The notes below the pieces were generated by a model, which was given only the letters and a program-made list of their open reading frames with translations, searched no databases and had not been told where the DNA came from. A DNA stretch of 64,000 nucleotides from Azolla caroliniana. Taxonomy: Eukaryota; Plantae; Polypodiophyta. The stretch is from contig JBHGNT010000007.1 of the NCBI GenBank assembly GCA_043228905.1, positions 8,494,001 to 8,558,000 on the forward strand. The letters are read 5' to 3'. The position numbers were made by a program, and so were the translations under genes. This document shows, in pieces, positions 1-11,644 of the stretch (position 1 is the stretch's first letter; each line of letters begins with the position of its first letter).

Positions 1-451
1 ATTGTCATTGGTAATATTTCTTGTTGTGAAAAGAATATCGGAGTAGTATTATTTAATTTCCCTTAATTTCATAACTAGTAATTAAGTTTATCAAGTCACT
101 TTGGCTGAGTGGTTAAGGTGTGTGCCTGCTAAGTACATGGGGTCTCCCTGCGAGAGTTTGAATCTCTCAGGTGACGACTTCTTGCAATATTGTGTTTACA
201 TACATCCAAAGAGTTGAAGGGTTACATGTGATTGCTTCGAAAGATTCTTTGTCACTATTGTCATTGGTTGTATTTGTTGGTGTGAAAACAATATCGTGGT
301 GGTACTATTTAATTTCCCTAAACATTTAAACTTTCGATTTAATTTGTATAACTAGTTTTAAATTTAATTTTTGTTAAGTCACTTTCGCCGAGTGGTTAAG
401 GTGTGTGCTTGCTAAGTACATGGGGTCTCCCCGTGATAGTTAGAATCTCTC
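1..451 (+). repeat. tRNA-Ser-containing AT-rich satellite, left block (continues off window)
   Basis: Same motifs as the larger blocks (catccaaaga, gtcactattgtcattgg, gtgtgaaaacaatatc). tRNA-like copies at 95-176 and 378-451, the second cut by an LTR. Confidence 0.93.
95..176 (+). pseudogene. Degenerate tRNA-Ser(GCT) copy
   Basis: 82 nt GTCACTT...AGGTGACG, anticodon GCT, long variable arm. B box mutated (GTTTGAAT). Confidence 0.8.
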
Positions 452-908
452 TATTACCGATTAGGAACATGGTCTACGGTTAGTCCTTGGACCTAGACCT
501 CAAAGTGACTGTGTTGCAACGAATGGTATCGTCGTAGTGGGATACCTCCCGTATCCTAGTAGTGTATACTAGAGACGGTTACAACCGAACTCCTTAGATA
601 GTGGACTAGCAACCACACTGTTACTCACGCCTACACTCTTATGACTGTGCTACGCCATCGAAGGATCACAGACACACAGTAGATTAACCATAGGTACGGA
701 CAGAATCAGAGAAGATAGAACTCTATTAAAATACGCCTTTTACATACAAAATTACATGCTCCCTCTATCAGAGGTTTCCTGCCCTTTATATACCCAGGGT
801 CTTTTAGCCATTCACGCTTCCCGCGTGAACCGTTTACATGCGTTACAATATTACTCTATTCTATAGTACTGCGCTCTTGTCCGCCGGTTACTATTCCGGC
901 AGACAACA
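452..908 (-). repeat. 3' LTR of Gypsy copy A (457 bp)
   Basis: tattaccga...gacaaca, homologous to 51701-51903 plus 57367-57626 (about 22 differences in the first ~200 bp). Minus-strand TATATAAA near 785-792. Preceded by ctctc (447-451). Confidence 0.9.
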
Positions 909-910
909 CC

Positions 911-927
911 TGGCACGCCTGTGGGAC
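911..927 (+). other. tRNA-Arg(TCT)-type primer-binding-like site, antisense to the element, at the expected PPT position
   Basis: TGGCACGCCTGTGGGAC, 2 nt from the LTR end. Resembles the complement of the plant tRNA-Arg(TCT) 3' end (TGGCACGCCCAGTGGGAC type, from memory). Confidence 0.7.
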
Positions 928-1117
928 AGTGCCATGGCACCTTGGACCCACCCCTTTAATCTTCCTCCAAAATGGCCCTGATGTTTGGTTCTGCTACGGT
1001 GTCCGTGTCCGAGAATGGCGTAGCGCCCGTGAGACGTGTCGTTGTGTGGTTTCCCTGCTTGGTCGGGAGGGCTTCCCATGGTGTCATTGACTTCATGTAT
1101 GGGCGTTCCGGGTTCTG

Positions 1118-3118
1118 CTAGCTCTTGTTGGGTTGTTGGGGTTGGTTTAACCGTCCGCGGGCTTGCGGTAGGTCGCGGCTCTGTTTCGTTACGTCCTTCG
1201 TGATGTCGGTCGTAGTCGTACGCTTTGGAGAGTGGGGTTGGGGTTCCTCTTGGTCCAGAACGTCCTCCGTGATGTCGGCCGTAAGCGTATGCTCCGGTGG
1301 TTGGGGTTCCTCTTGGTCAACAGTTTCGTTGTCTGGTATTGCAGGGGGCTCCGCTCGCCGTTCCGTGCTGTTCACCGTAGTGGTAATTTCCAATGACATG
1401 GGCTTAGGTTCCTCTTGTTCGGCAGTATCCGGAATTGGTATCACGATGGATTCCACGTTTATTCGTGTGCTACCAGCTTGCGTGATCTGGTGAAATAGGT
1501 CCTCCTGACTTTCACCAAAATCATCCAGTAGCTGCGCGAGTTCCTCAGAATGTTGGTCCGCTAGCGTGTGATAGTCCTGCGCTAGGACCTCATGTACTGC
1601 TGCAATGCTTTCCTTATTGAGTTTGTAGAACTCTTGGCCATCTTTCCTTCGGTTCTCCCAGTCCACTTGGTACGTATGCAATTCCTCCGCTTATGTAGCC
1701 CACGCCATCCATCCTTTGTCTAGCGCCAATTTTAATTGCGTCATAAACCTCTCTCGATTCATTTGCAGAGGGATGCACACGTTGTCTGTTATGGCTTGGC
1801 AATGGTTGCGTGCTTCTTCTACGAATTTCTTGTTTACTAACCGCCGCCGCTTCATCATAAGTGCTCCTCATTCCTGCCCAGAGCTGAGATTCCTTCGAAT
1901 GTAGTTCTTCCAGTTTTCCCATTTCATTGTTTAGGCGGATTTCTAGCTAATGCCTCCTCTCCTGTTTTCCAACCAGTTGCTCGTCGAACCATGCTTTCTT
2001 CTTCTCCAATAAGGCACGGAGTCCCGGGATTGCCGCTTCCGATTTTTTCGCTTCCTCCCGTAATTTGGCATTTTCTTCTTTTGTTTGGGTGTGCTGTGCT
2101 GTCTCCGTTGCGAGTTTCTCTTCAAGGGTATTCACTGTCTTTCGGCCGTTGGCCCGGACGTCCTTTTCACTGTCCAAGGACTGGCGAAGTTCGGCGCGGA
2201 GAAGGTCAATCTCTAATTCCGCCAGTTGCACGACCCGTTTCGCTTTCGAGGCAATGGCAGTCTGAGCTTCAATTCCTTGCCTCAGGGCTTCGACGACGTT
2301 GGTTGTTGGTGGAGTTGCCTGTTGCGCCGTAGTTGCGTTATTTTCCAACTCCGTGATGCGTTCATTGGCCTTTTGTAGCTCGGCTTGGGTCAGTTTAACC
2401 TTTTTCCAGACATTTTTATTTTTAATCGCCATATCCTTGGCGCCCATACTGACCTTTGCCAGTTCCCTATGAATTTCGACAGGGGCCGCATTTAATGGGG
2501 GTAGTTCCATCCCCATTCCACGTATATCGGCGTTCCTTTGCCTGCCTACTCTGGCTAACTGATCCTCATCGTCGCTTTCCACCGTTTGTGTTAACACGCA
2601 CTCGATCATTTGGTGCTCCGCGTGCTCCTCGGCCATTCGTTGTGAGACTTTTATCTATTGCGTTTGCAAGAATTCCATGAGTTCAAAAGTGGTTCCGAAT
2701 TGTAATAGTGCACCGAACTCATGGGCCGTGTCCGGAATTTCCGGACACGCCAGGACCTCGCTTTCCGTTGTCAATACAGCTTTCCCCCACTGTGACTTGG
2801 CCATAATGATCGGCCGTGGTTCCCGGATTACTTCGAAGGTGGTGTTGCGCTCCGTAGCTACGGAGCTGTCGCCCACGGTCGTCGTCTCCGTGGCCGTGAG
2901 TGTGTCTTTAACTAACCCGCGCCTATCTTTCCTGTCTAGTCTCCGTCGTTTTGGCCTCGGGCTTTCGTGCTGTGGTTCGGCTTCCGGCTCTGGTGCCGCT
3001 TCCTTGGTGCGCTCAGCCTGCTCTACCTGTGTTGTTCGCGTGTTCGGCTGGGCGGGTTGGGGTTCATCCTCCCACTCTGTGGTGGCTAACTCCGCTAACA
3101 TTCGCTTCGTGGATCGAG
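1118..3118 (-). pseudogene. 3' part of extra ORF2 of Gypsy copy A (charged, coiled-coil-like, disrupted)
   Basis: Consecutive ORF pieces 2655-3101, 1947-2636, 1614-1922, 1118-1681; homologous to 44071-45567. Confidence 0.75.
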
Positions 3119-3926
3119 GGGCCTCTGACCGGAAGATATCAAATTCGTATGCTTATATTAAACAATTAATGGAAAATGAGAAAAGAAAAATTACAATCAA
3201 TCCCAAGATTGGGATTACAAAAGTTTTAGCTTATGGAGATTACTAGAATAATAGATTATAGAATAATAGATTAGAAGAAACTAAGATACGGATTCGATAG
3301 GAAAATTATATGGCTTATGTAGGGAAAATTAGAGTTTATGCCTTCCGAAAGGAAATTTAGGGTTCTTGGTTTCAATAAGATAAGGGAGCTTAGAAGGAAA
3401 AGAAAAATAATTAAGATAATACGGAGAGAGCCTAAGTGTAGGAAAAGAAAAATGGAATTTTATATGGAGTTCTCCCTTGATAATCTGCATGTCTAGTTTT
3501 TGTTGCATGGCTTCTACTTTTAGTTGCTTAGATTTTTCTTTTAGTTGCATCTATTTTTAGTTGCATGCCTTTTTCTTTTAGTTGCATGCGACCGTCCACA
3601 TGACCTTTACTTTAGTTTTCTTCACTTCACTTTAATTAACCACATGATCCTTTTATCTGTTTGGTTTGCGTCCAGCCTTGTCCGGTCGCCGGTTCCGTTC
3701 AGTCGCCGATTGCCGCCACCTCGCCGGCTCCGCCACCGGTTCCGGTTTGCTTATCGGCCGGTTTTTGGTTTTGCTTACCGGCCCAGTTCCGGTTTTGCTT
3801 ATCGGCCCGGTTCCGAATTGCTTACTGGCCTGGGTCCGAATTGCTTCCTGGCCGGTTCTGGTTTGCTTCCCGGCCGGTTTTCGGTTTTGCTTATCGGCCC
3901 GGTTCCGGTTTGCTTCCCGCCTGGTT
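3119..3926 (-). repeat. Truncated LTR fragment of the Trp-primed element
   Basis: Very similar to 18268-~19060 (ggcctctgaccggaagat...). First ~48 bp and the TSD are lost together with ~600 bp of host ORF2. Confidence 0.82.
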
Positions 3927-4629
3927 GATACGTGAATGTTGAGAAAGAATTAACCGAAATGAGAAAGATGTCGTGAAAATACGACGAGGATACGTGAACG
4001 TTGAGGCAAGACCCCGTGGTCTTTGACTAGAGGATATCAAATTTGTGTATTTATGTACTAAGAATTAACCGAAATGAGAAAGATTAACAAATTTCATTAA
4101 CAAGTAAAAAGAAAGATTACAATTAATCCCATGATTGGGATTACAAAAAGTTTGCTAATGGAGATGGCTAGAGTAATAGATTAGAAGAAATGAGATATGG
4201 ATTTAATTAGAATATTAGGGGTTTTAGCTTCAATTCGAAAATTAGGGTTTTTGAGTTGTATGGCTTTGATTAGGAAATTAGGGTTTTTGAGTTCTATGGC
4301 TTTTATTAGGAAATTAGGGTTTACTTGAGAGATAGCTTCCTTCCCCTCTCAAAGAGAATTATGAGTTTATGAGTGATTAGCCCTTAATTCACGGATTCTT
4401 CCTTTTTTTTTCTCTCCTTCCCTTGCATGCGTCCACATGGCGTTTGCTTTGGTTTTCTTCACTTTACTTTAGTTTGTTGCATGATCTCCATCTTTTTGTT
4501 GCACACCTTCCACATCACCTTTACTTTTTGCATGCACTCCAACTTTAGTTTGTTGCATGATCCAATCTTCTGTCCGTTCGCGTCCAACCTCATCCGGTAG
4601 CCGGTTCCGCCCGATCGCCGAATCCCTCG

Positions 4630-4970
4630 CCGGCCGGTTCCATTTTGCTTGCTGGCCGGTTCCGATTTTGCTTGCCGGCCGGTTCCGGTTTGCTTGCCAG
4701 TTCCGGTTCCGGTTTTGCTTACCAGCTAGTTTCCGGTTTCTAGTTTTGCTTACCAGCCAGTTTCCGGTTTCCGGTTTCCGATTTTGCATAGTGGCCACTT
4801 TCTGGATTTGCATACCGACCAGTTTCCAGATTCCGGTTTTGCTTACCGACCGGTTTCTGGTTTGCATACCTGCATACCAGCCAGTTTTTGGTTTTGCATA
4901 CCGGCCGGTTTCTGGATTTGCTTACCAGCCGGTTTCCGGATTTGCTTACCAGTCGATTTCCGGTTTTTGG
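4630..4970. repeat. Degenerate ~21-22-bp CCGG-rich tandem repeat inside the LTR (also ~3735-3925 and ~18895-19075)
   Basis: Repeated ccggtt(t/c)ccggttttgcttaccgg units. Confidence 0.85.
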
Positions 4971-5216
4971 GAACTTGGCCACCATCATCCATCAAGACAA
5001 AGTGGCCAAAGTGCTCTTAGCACAAATGAAAAATGAGAGAGCTCAAGGTGCTTATATAGTTAGGGTCTTAAGTTTCCTATCTATGTGGGATAGTTCTAAT
5101 TTCCCTATCTTCTCAAACTTCATTTTCACATAACTTGATATGTATTTCTCCATTTTGTATATAGTAAAATATGTTTTGAAGCTCTTGAGTACATCCATAT
5201 TTCTATAACAAGCTAC

Positions 5217-5663
5217 TGTCATGATATGGCAAGACTCGAACCCATGACCTTATGGTATATGGGTCGAGCTCGTAACCATCACACCATCTATTGTAATGCA
5301 TAGGATATTATTTGCATTTATGTTTTATTATAAGAAAGTAATGTATATTCCAGATTTCTCTGGAACATTCTAGAAGTTTCAGGATTACTCCTGACAACAC
5401 TATAAAAGAAGGCACTAGACATTATGTTGAACCAAATTGGTTCAACGCAAGTGTTAAGCCTCTTAGCTGCTTTGTACTTATCTTTTCACATAATATATTA
5501 GCTTCTGTCATCATCTTTCTCTCTCTCTCTCATCCTCGCTATCTCTCTCTCTCCTCTTCTCACTTCCTCTCTCGGGAATCTCACGCAATCCCGTCTTCTT
5601 AGTACTAATAGTACTTCCCTTCTTAGTACTAATTCCATCTCTACTTTAGTACTATTCCTGACA
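5217..5663 (+). repeat. 5' LTR of chromovirus 1
   Basis: tgtcatga...cctgaca; TATAAAA at 5401. Confidence 0.95.
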
Positions 5664-5739
5664 GTTTGAACCAATTTTTCTTCCTTTCCTCCTGCCTACT
5701 TGTCGTTCTCCCTCATCCTCCTACCCTTTTCCCTATACT

Positions 5740-6898
5740 ATGGCTACTGTTAGTGCCCAAGAATATCAATCCGTTTTCTCCGAGTTACAGTGCCTAAAAG
5801 AAAAGTTTGTTGCCCGGGAACAAGAAAACCAACGGTTGATAGGGTATCTGCAACAAATCGCTCTCGAAAAACAACAAACGCAACAACAACATGGGAAGTT
5901 AGCGTTACGGGTACAACAACTCGAAGCAGCGTTGCCACAACAAGGATCAAGTCCCCAAGGATTTCATAAAGAGCCCAAGATTGGACTTCCTGTGAAATTT
6001 GATGGAACACGATCGCAATTCCGGGGATTCCTTAATCAGGTACACTTAGTCATCCAGATGCATCCTTCCCGATATCCCACTGATGCATCTCGAGTCGGGC
6101 TAATAGGCACGTTACTTAGCGGCTCAGCCTTGGCATGGTTCGCTCCACTTCTAGAAAAACAATCACCCTTGCTTAATACCTTTGAAGATTTTATTGGTGA
6201 GTTTAAAGCCTACTTTGGAGATACCGACAACATGAGGACGACGATCAACAAGATCCGAAGATTGCGTCAAGGCGATCATCCAGCCTCGGCCTACGCGGCA
6301 GATTTCCGTCTACTCGCCTCAGATATCCCCTGGGATGATTAGGCCCTCATGGAGCAGTTTCGCTACGGCTTGCGCAACGATGTCAAAGACTTGCTTTTAA
6401 CCTTCCCCGAGGAACCAAAGTCTCTTATGGAGGCAATAAGTCGAGCGGTCCGATGCGACAGCCGCCTTTTCGAACGACGTTCGAAATGTTAGTTACAAAT
6501 ACCATGCTCTCGGCCGGAACCCACATACGCCTCAGTCACGGCTTAAACCGTTTGCATGCGATGTACCTAAAGCCAATATTCCGACACCGATGGAGATCGA
6601 CACCATGCGTCGACGCGGCCCGTTATCGGAAGAACAAAAGCAACGACGACGTGCCAATCGATTATGTCTTTATTGCGGTGGACCAGGGCATATCGCCATC
6701 AATTGTCCCCATAGGCCAAGAAGACAGGTAAATCAAATTGTCGCCTGTACTAAACCCGAGTCAATTATTCCCTTCGAAGTGTTTGATAGTATTAATAGTA
6801 CTAATAGAGTGTCAGATAGTATTCATAGTACTAATAGCCCAAGTATCTCAAATAAATTTGAAATCCTTAGTCAATTAGATGAAGAGTTAAACGATTGA
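5740..6898 (+). pseudogene. gag: Gag of chromovirus 1 (premature stop at 6340-6342 and a frameshift)
   Basis: KEPKIGLPVKFDG, LRQG, CCHC knuckle CLYCGGPGHIAINC. Confidence 0.9.
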
Positions 6899-9800
6899 GT
6901 CCAGCCAAAATAGGAGCCGTTTGGTTGGACAGCAGCCCTAGATCTGTACAGCCCATTAGTGGTTCCATTCTTTCTAAGCAAGTTAGCAATGTGTTCCTAG
7001 CCCAAGTCATTGTTAGTACTAAAAGTACTCCTCCAGTACCCGTCCTAGCAATTTTAGATTCCGGAGCTAATTCCTGTTTCATGGATCGAAATTTTGCCCA
7101 AGCTTCTCAGATATCCTTAAGAAAACTTCCTTGTCCCGCATCTGTAGTAGTCATTGATGGTCGTCCCATTGCTTCCGGGAATATTGTAGAAGAATCAGAA
7201 CCCATTAAAGTTGTCCTAGGTAGTTTTGTGTGTGTAATATCATTTAATATAATTAGTAGTCCAGAGCATCCCATTGTCCTAGGATTAGCTTGGTTTGAAT
7301 TACATAATCCAGCCATAGATTGGAGAACAAGAGAAGTCCGATACCGACCACCCCAAGAATCTACTCACCGAGTTTCGACCATTTCACTCCATCAATTACG
7401 CGAAGAAGGACACAAGGAGGCAATGTTCCTATTTGCAATATCAGTACATCCTTCCAACACTATTAAGAAGGACTCCTCAGTACAACTTCCGGCAAAATAT
7501 CATCCTTATGCCGATGTATTTGACAAGGTAAAAGCCGGTACCCTTCCTCATCACCGTCCCTATGACTGTCCCATCGATTTACAACCAGGAACCGAGCCAC
7601 CATGGGGACCAATTTACAACTTTTCACCCACCGAGTTAGAAGTCCTTCCAGCCTACATAGAGGAGAACTTGGCAAGCGGGTTCATCCGTCATTCGAAATC
7701 TCCGGCCGGTGCACCCATCTTCTTTGTCAAGAAGAAAGATGGCTCACTTCGTCTCGTCGTTGATTACCGCGGATTGAATAAGGTCACCATCCAGAATAGG
7801 TATGCACTTCCTCTTATATCAAGTCTTTTGGAGCGAGTTAATGGTGCCAAGTTTTTTACCAAAATCGATCTACGAGGAGCGTATAACCTGGTGCGGATCC
7901 CACCGGGAGATGAATGGAAGACCGCCTTTCGCACGCGATATGGCCATTTCAAGTATACTGTTATGCTGTTCGGCTTAACCAATGCACCCGCAGTCTTCCA
8001 ACACATGGCAAATGATATATTCAGAGACCTCTTGGATATCTGTTTGATCATCTATCTGGATGATCTATTGATTTATTTGAAGACCCAGCAAGAGCACGAT
8101 TCTCATGTACTATTAGTACTAAAACGACTCTGCGAGAATGGTCTTTATGCCAAGCTAGAAAAATGTAGCTTTGACTGCAAGCAAGTGGAATTTCTAGGCT
8201 ACGTCATCTCCTCAAAGGGCATCGCCATGGATTCAGCTAAAGTCCAAACTGTACTAGAGTGGCAAATTCCACGGTCAGTACGAGATGTACAATGTTTTCT
8301 AGGTTTTGCTAACTTCTACCGTAAGTTTATACAGGATTACTCGAAGATTATTTTACCCCTCACACAACTTACGAAGAAGGGCCAAGAATTTCTTTGGTCC
8401 ATTGAAGCAGATATGGCTTTTCGACATCTTAAGAAAGCCTTTACATCAGCACCGATTCCAGCTCATGTGGATACCAGCAAACCATTCATCATGGAGGCCG
8501 ACGCTTCAGATTTCGCTCTCGGTAGCATCCTTTCTCAACAAGGAGATAAAGAAGAGTTGCATCAGGCGGCTCTCCATTCGTGCAAATTCGATGTCGCGGA
8601 AATCAACTACGAAATACATGACAAGGAGTTATTAGCCATCGTGGATTCATTTGTGCAATGGCGGCATTTCTTAGAGGGCTCTCCACATCAGGTCATTGTC
8701 TTTAGTGATCATAAAAATCTTGCTTATTTCCAGAACGCTCGTGTATTAAATCGACGGCAAGCTCGGTGGGCACAATTCCTCACGCATTTCGACTTCAAAA
8801 TCACATATCGACCGGGGAAGCAGCAAGGAAAAGCAGATGCACTATCACAACGTTCGTATCTTACACCTCGTCCTGGTGATCCAACATTTGATAATCAAAA
8901 GCAAGTAATCTTGGGACCAACACGATTGCACACGACACAGATTTTTCACATCCCGATGGATTCACGGATTACCGATGACATACATGCAAACTTGAAGACA
9001 GATAGCTTTGCTCAAGACATCTTGGCGCACATTGATACTTCTCGGGCATCCTGTTCTCAGTCTCAACAACCAGGTATTGACTACCGACAATTCGAATATC
9101 ATGATGGATTGTTATTCTGTAAAAAGCGCGTATATGTCCCCGATTGCTCCTGTCGCCTTCAAATCGTTCAGCATTGGCACGACACCCATACAGCGGGACA
9201 TTTCGGTAAAACTAAGACGTTGGAGCTAGTGCAGTGATCTTTTTGGTGGCCCCACATGCGCCGTTTTGTTGACGACTACGTTCGGACCTGTGATGCTTGT
9301 TGCCGAGCAAAGATGCCACGACACCATCCATATGGCTTGTTGGAACCCTTACCGATTCCAAGTAAGCCGTGGCAGTCTATTTGTCTTGATTTTATCACAG
9401 ATCTGCCGGTCTCGTAGGGGTTCGATGCTATCTTAACCGTCGTCGATCGATATACGAAGATGGCACATTTCGTTCCGTGTACTAAGGCCATCACTAGCGA
9501 GGAAACTGCCGCCCTAGTCATGCGTGAGGTATTTCGGCATCATGGCCTCCCAGACAGTATCATCAGTGACCGAGGACCGCAATTTGTCTCCAAATTTTGG
9601 CAGCATCTCTTCAAGATGCTCAAGGTCTCTTGCAACCGCTCCTCCGGCTACCATCCTCAGACCGATGGGCAGGCGGAACGAACAAACCAAACGTTGGAGC
9701 AATATATCCGGTGTTTCCTAAGTTATCAGCAGAACGATTGGGCCGAGATTCTCCACTATGCGGAGTTTGCGTATAATAATGTTGTTCACTCCTCGATTCG

Positions 9801-10650
9801 AGTCTCCGCATTCTACGCTTATACCAGTTCTCATCCTCGTTGGTCGGTGATCGACACCCCGGAACTACATTCCAATCCTCGTGCCGGGAATCATTTGGAG
9901 AGACTATGCAAGTTCCAGACAGATCTCTCGACTCATCTTTGTCATGTTCAACAGACACAGAAGACTTACGCGGATCGTCATCGGCTTCCCTCCTGTTTTG
10001 CCATCGGAGATCGAGTATGGCTCTTACGTCGTCACATCAAGACTACTCGACCGTGCGACAAGTTGGATTATCGACGACTCGGTCCTTTCCGTATTATGGG
10101 TAAGGTTAATGATGTCACATTCCGCCTTGATCTCCCTCCACAGCTTCAGATACATCTAGTTTTCTATTGTTCTCTTCTTGAACCTTATAAAGCAAACACC
10201 ATTCCCGATCGTGTTACACCACCGCCACCCCCGCTCGAGTTGGACGCCGGCCCGGAGTATGAATTTGCTGCCATCCTCGATTCCAAACTTATTCGCAACA
10301 AACTTTATTATTTGGTCGATTGGCTTGGTTATAGTCCGAGCTTCTTGAACCTTATAAAGCAAACACCATTCCCGATCGTGTTACACCACCGCCGCCCCCG
10401 CTCGAGTTGGACGCCGACCCGGAGTATGAAGTTGCTACCATCCTCGATTCCAAACTTATTCGCAACAAACTTTATTATTTGGTCGATTGGCTTGGTTATA
10501 GTTCGAGCGAACGCACTTGGGAACCCGTCGAGCATGTTGTCAATGCTCAGGATCTGCTTGCTGATTTCCATCGAAAGTATCCGGACAAACCCGGTCCGCA
10601 ATCAACACCGACTCATTCCACTCGTCTTTAAGGGGGAGATAGTGTCATGA
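6895..10650 (+). pseudogene. pol: Pol of chromovirus 1 (protease, RT, RNase H, integrase, chromodomain) with stops and an internal duplication
   Basis: LDSGA; YLDD; EADASD; SDRGPQF; GPF; chromodomain EYEVATILDS...YLVDWLGY...TWEP. Confidence 0.93.
10174..10507 (+). repeat. 167-bp tandem duplication across the integrase-chromodomain junction
   Basis: 10174-10340 repeated at 10341-10507 (cttcttgaaccttataaagc...ggttatagt(c/t)cgag). Confidence 0.9.
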
Positions 10651-11087
10651 TATGGCCAAACTCGAACCCATGACCTTATGGTATATGGGTCGAGCTCTTA
10701 ACCATCACACCATCTATTGTAATTCATAGGATATTATTTTCATTTATGTTTTATTATAAGAAAGTAATGTATATTCCAGATTTCTCTAGAACATTCTAGA
10801 AGTTTCAGGATTACTCCTGACAACACTATAAAAGAAGGCACTAGACATTATGTTGAACCAAATTGGTTCAACGCCAGTCTTAAGCCTCTTAGCCGCTTTG
10901 TACTTATCTTTTCACATAATATATTAGCTGTTGTCATCATCTTTCTCTCTCTCTCATCGTCGCTATCTCTCTCTCTCCTCTTCTCACTTCCTCTCTCGGG
11001 AATCTCACGCAGTCCCGTCTTCTTAGTACTAATAGTACTTCTCTTCTTAGTACTAATTCCATATCTGCTTTAGTACTATTCCTGACA
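10643..11087 (+). repeat. 3' LTR of chromovirus 1
   Basis: Direct repeat of 5217-5663. Confidence 0.95.
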
Positions 11088-11644
11088 GCTACTAATCTAA
11101 TCAAAATAATTGTTTCATTATTTATATTTATTTTTTTACATAATTTTTATATCGTGTGTGAAAAACCACACGACATTCACCCCCACCAAACCTGCACATC
11201 CACCGGTATGTGCCAATTTTGGTGACTCTCCACTTTTGATTACTTTACTTTTTTATTGATGTACTCGAATCGCCATTGTCATCTGATCCACCATATTCTT
11301 CGTTCAGTCTTTGCATTTCCATGACCGATTGTCATTGCTCTCTTTGCTCCTCTAGAGCATAATGCTTCACTCTTTATGCATGTGCCACCTTCATCTCGGC
11401 CATCTCCTTGGTCATCTAATTTTCTCTTATCATTCTTTCTTGTTCCATGCATGTCTTTCAAAAGCCTTATCGAAATACTATGGTTGTGTCATGAACACAT
11501 GACCATTATGGCGTCACCCGGACTTGAACCTCGAACCTTGCAATTCATACTTGAAAACCTCAACCATTAAGATAGCTTACTGTTATATAAAACAATAAAA
11601 GCTACTTCTTATATTACATTGATTATTGTAAAAACTCTAGATTA

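Larger units (their letters stand above)
5217..11087 (+). mobile_element. Full-length Tcn1-like chromovirus 1 (Ty3/Gypsy), decayed
   Basis: LTRs 5217-5663 and 10643-11087 (TG..CA, ~16 substitutions), TSD GCTAC (5212-5216/11088-11092), PPT aagggggagatag (10630-10642), order gag-PR-RT-RH-IN-chromodomain. Confidence 0.95.
3970..11174 (-). repeat. Variant LTR of the Trp-primed family, split by chromovirus 1
   Basis: Starts tgtcgtgaaaatacgacgagg (cf. 18220), ends aaccacacgaca (cf. 19413), followed by PPT complement ttcacccccacc. Confidence 0.8.

Noticed and set aside
3545-5133. Overlapping Arg/Pro/Gly-rich ORFs
   Set aside because: Produced by the stop-poor CCGG minisatellite in LTRs.
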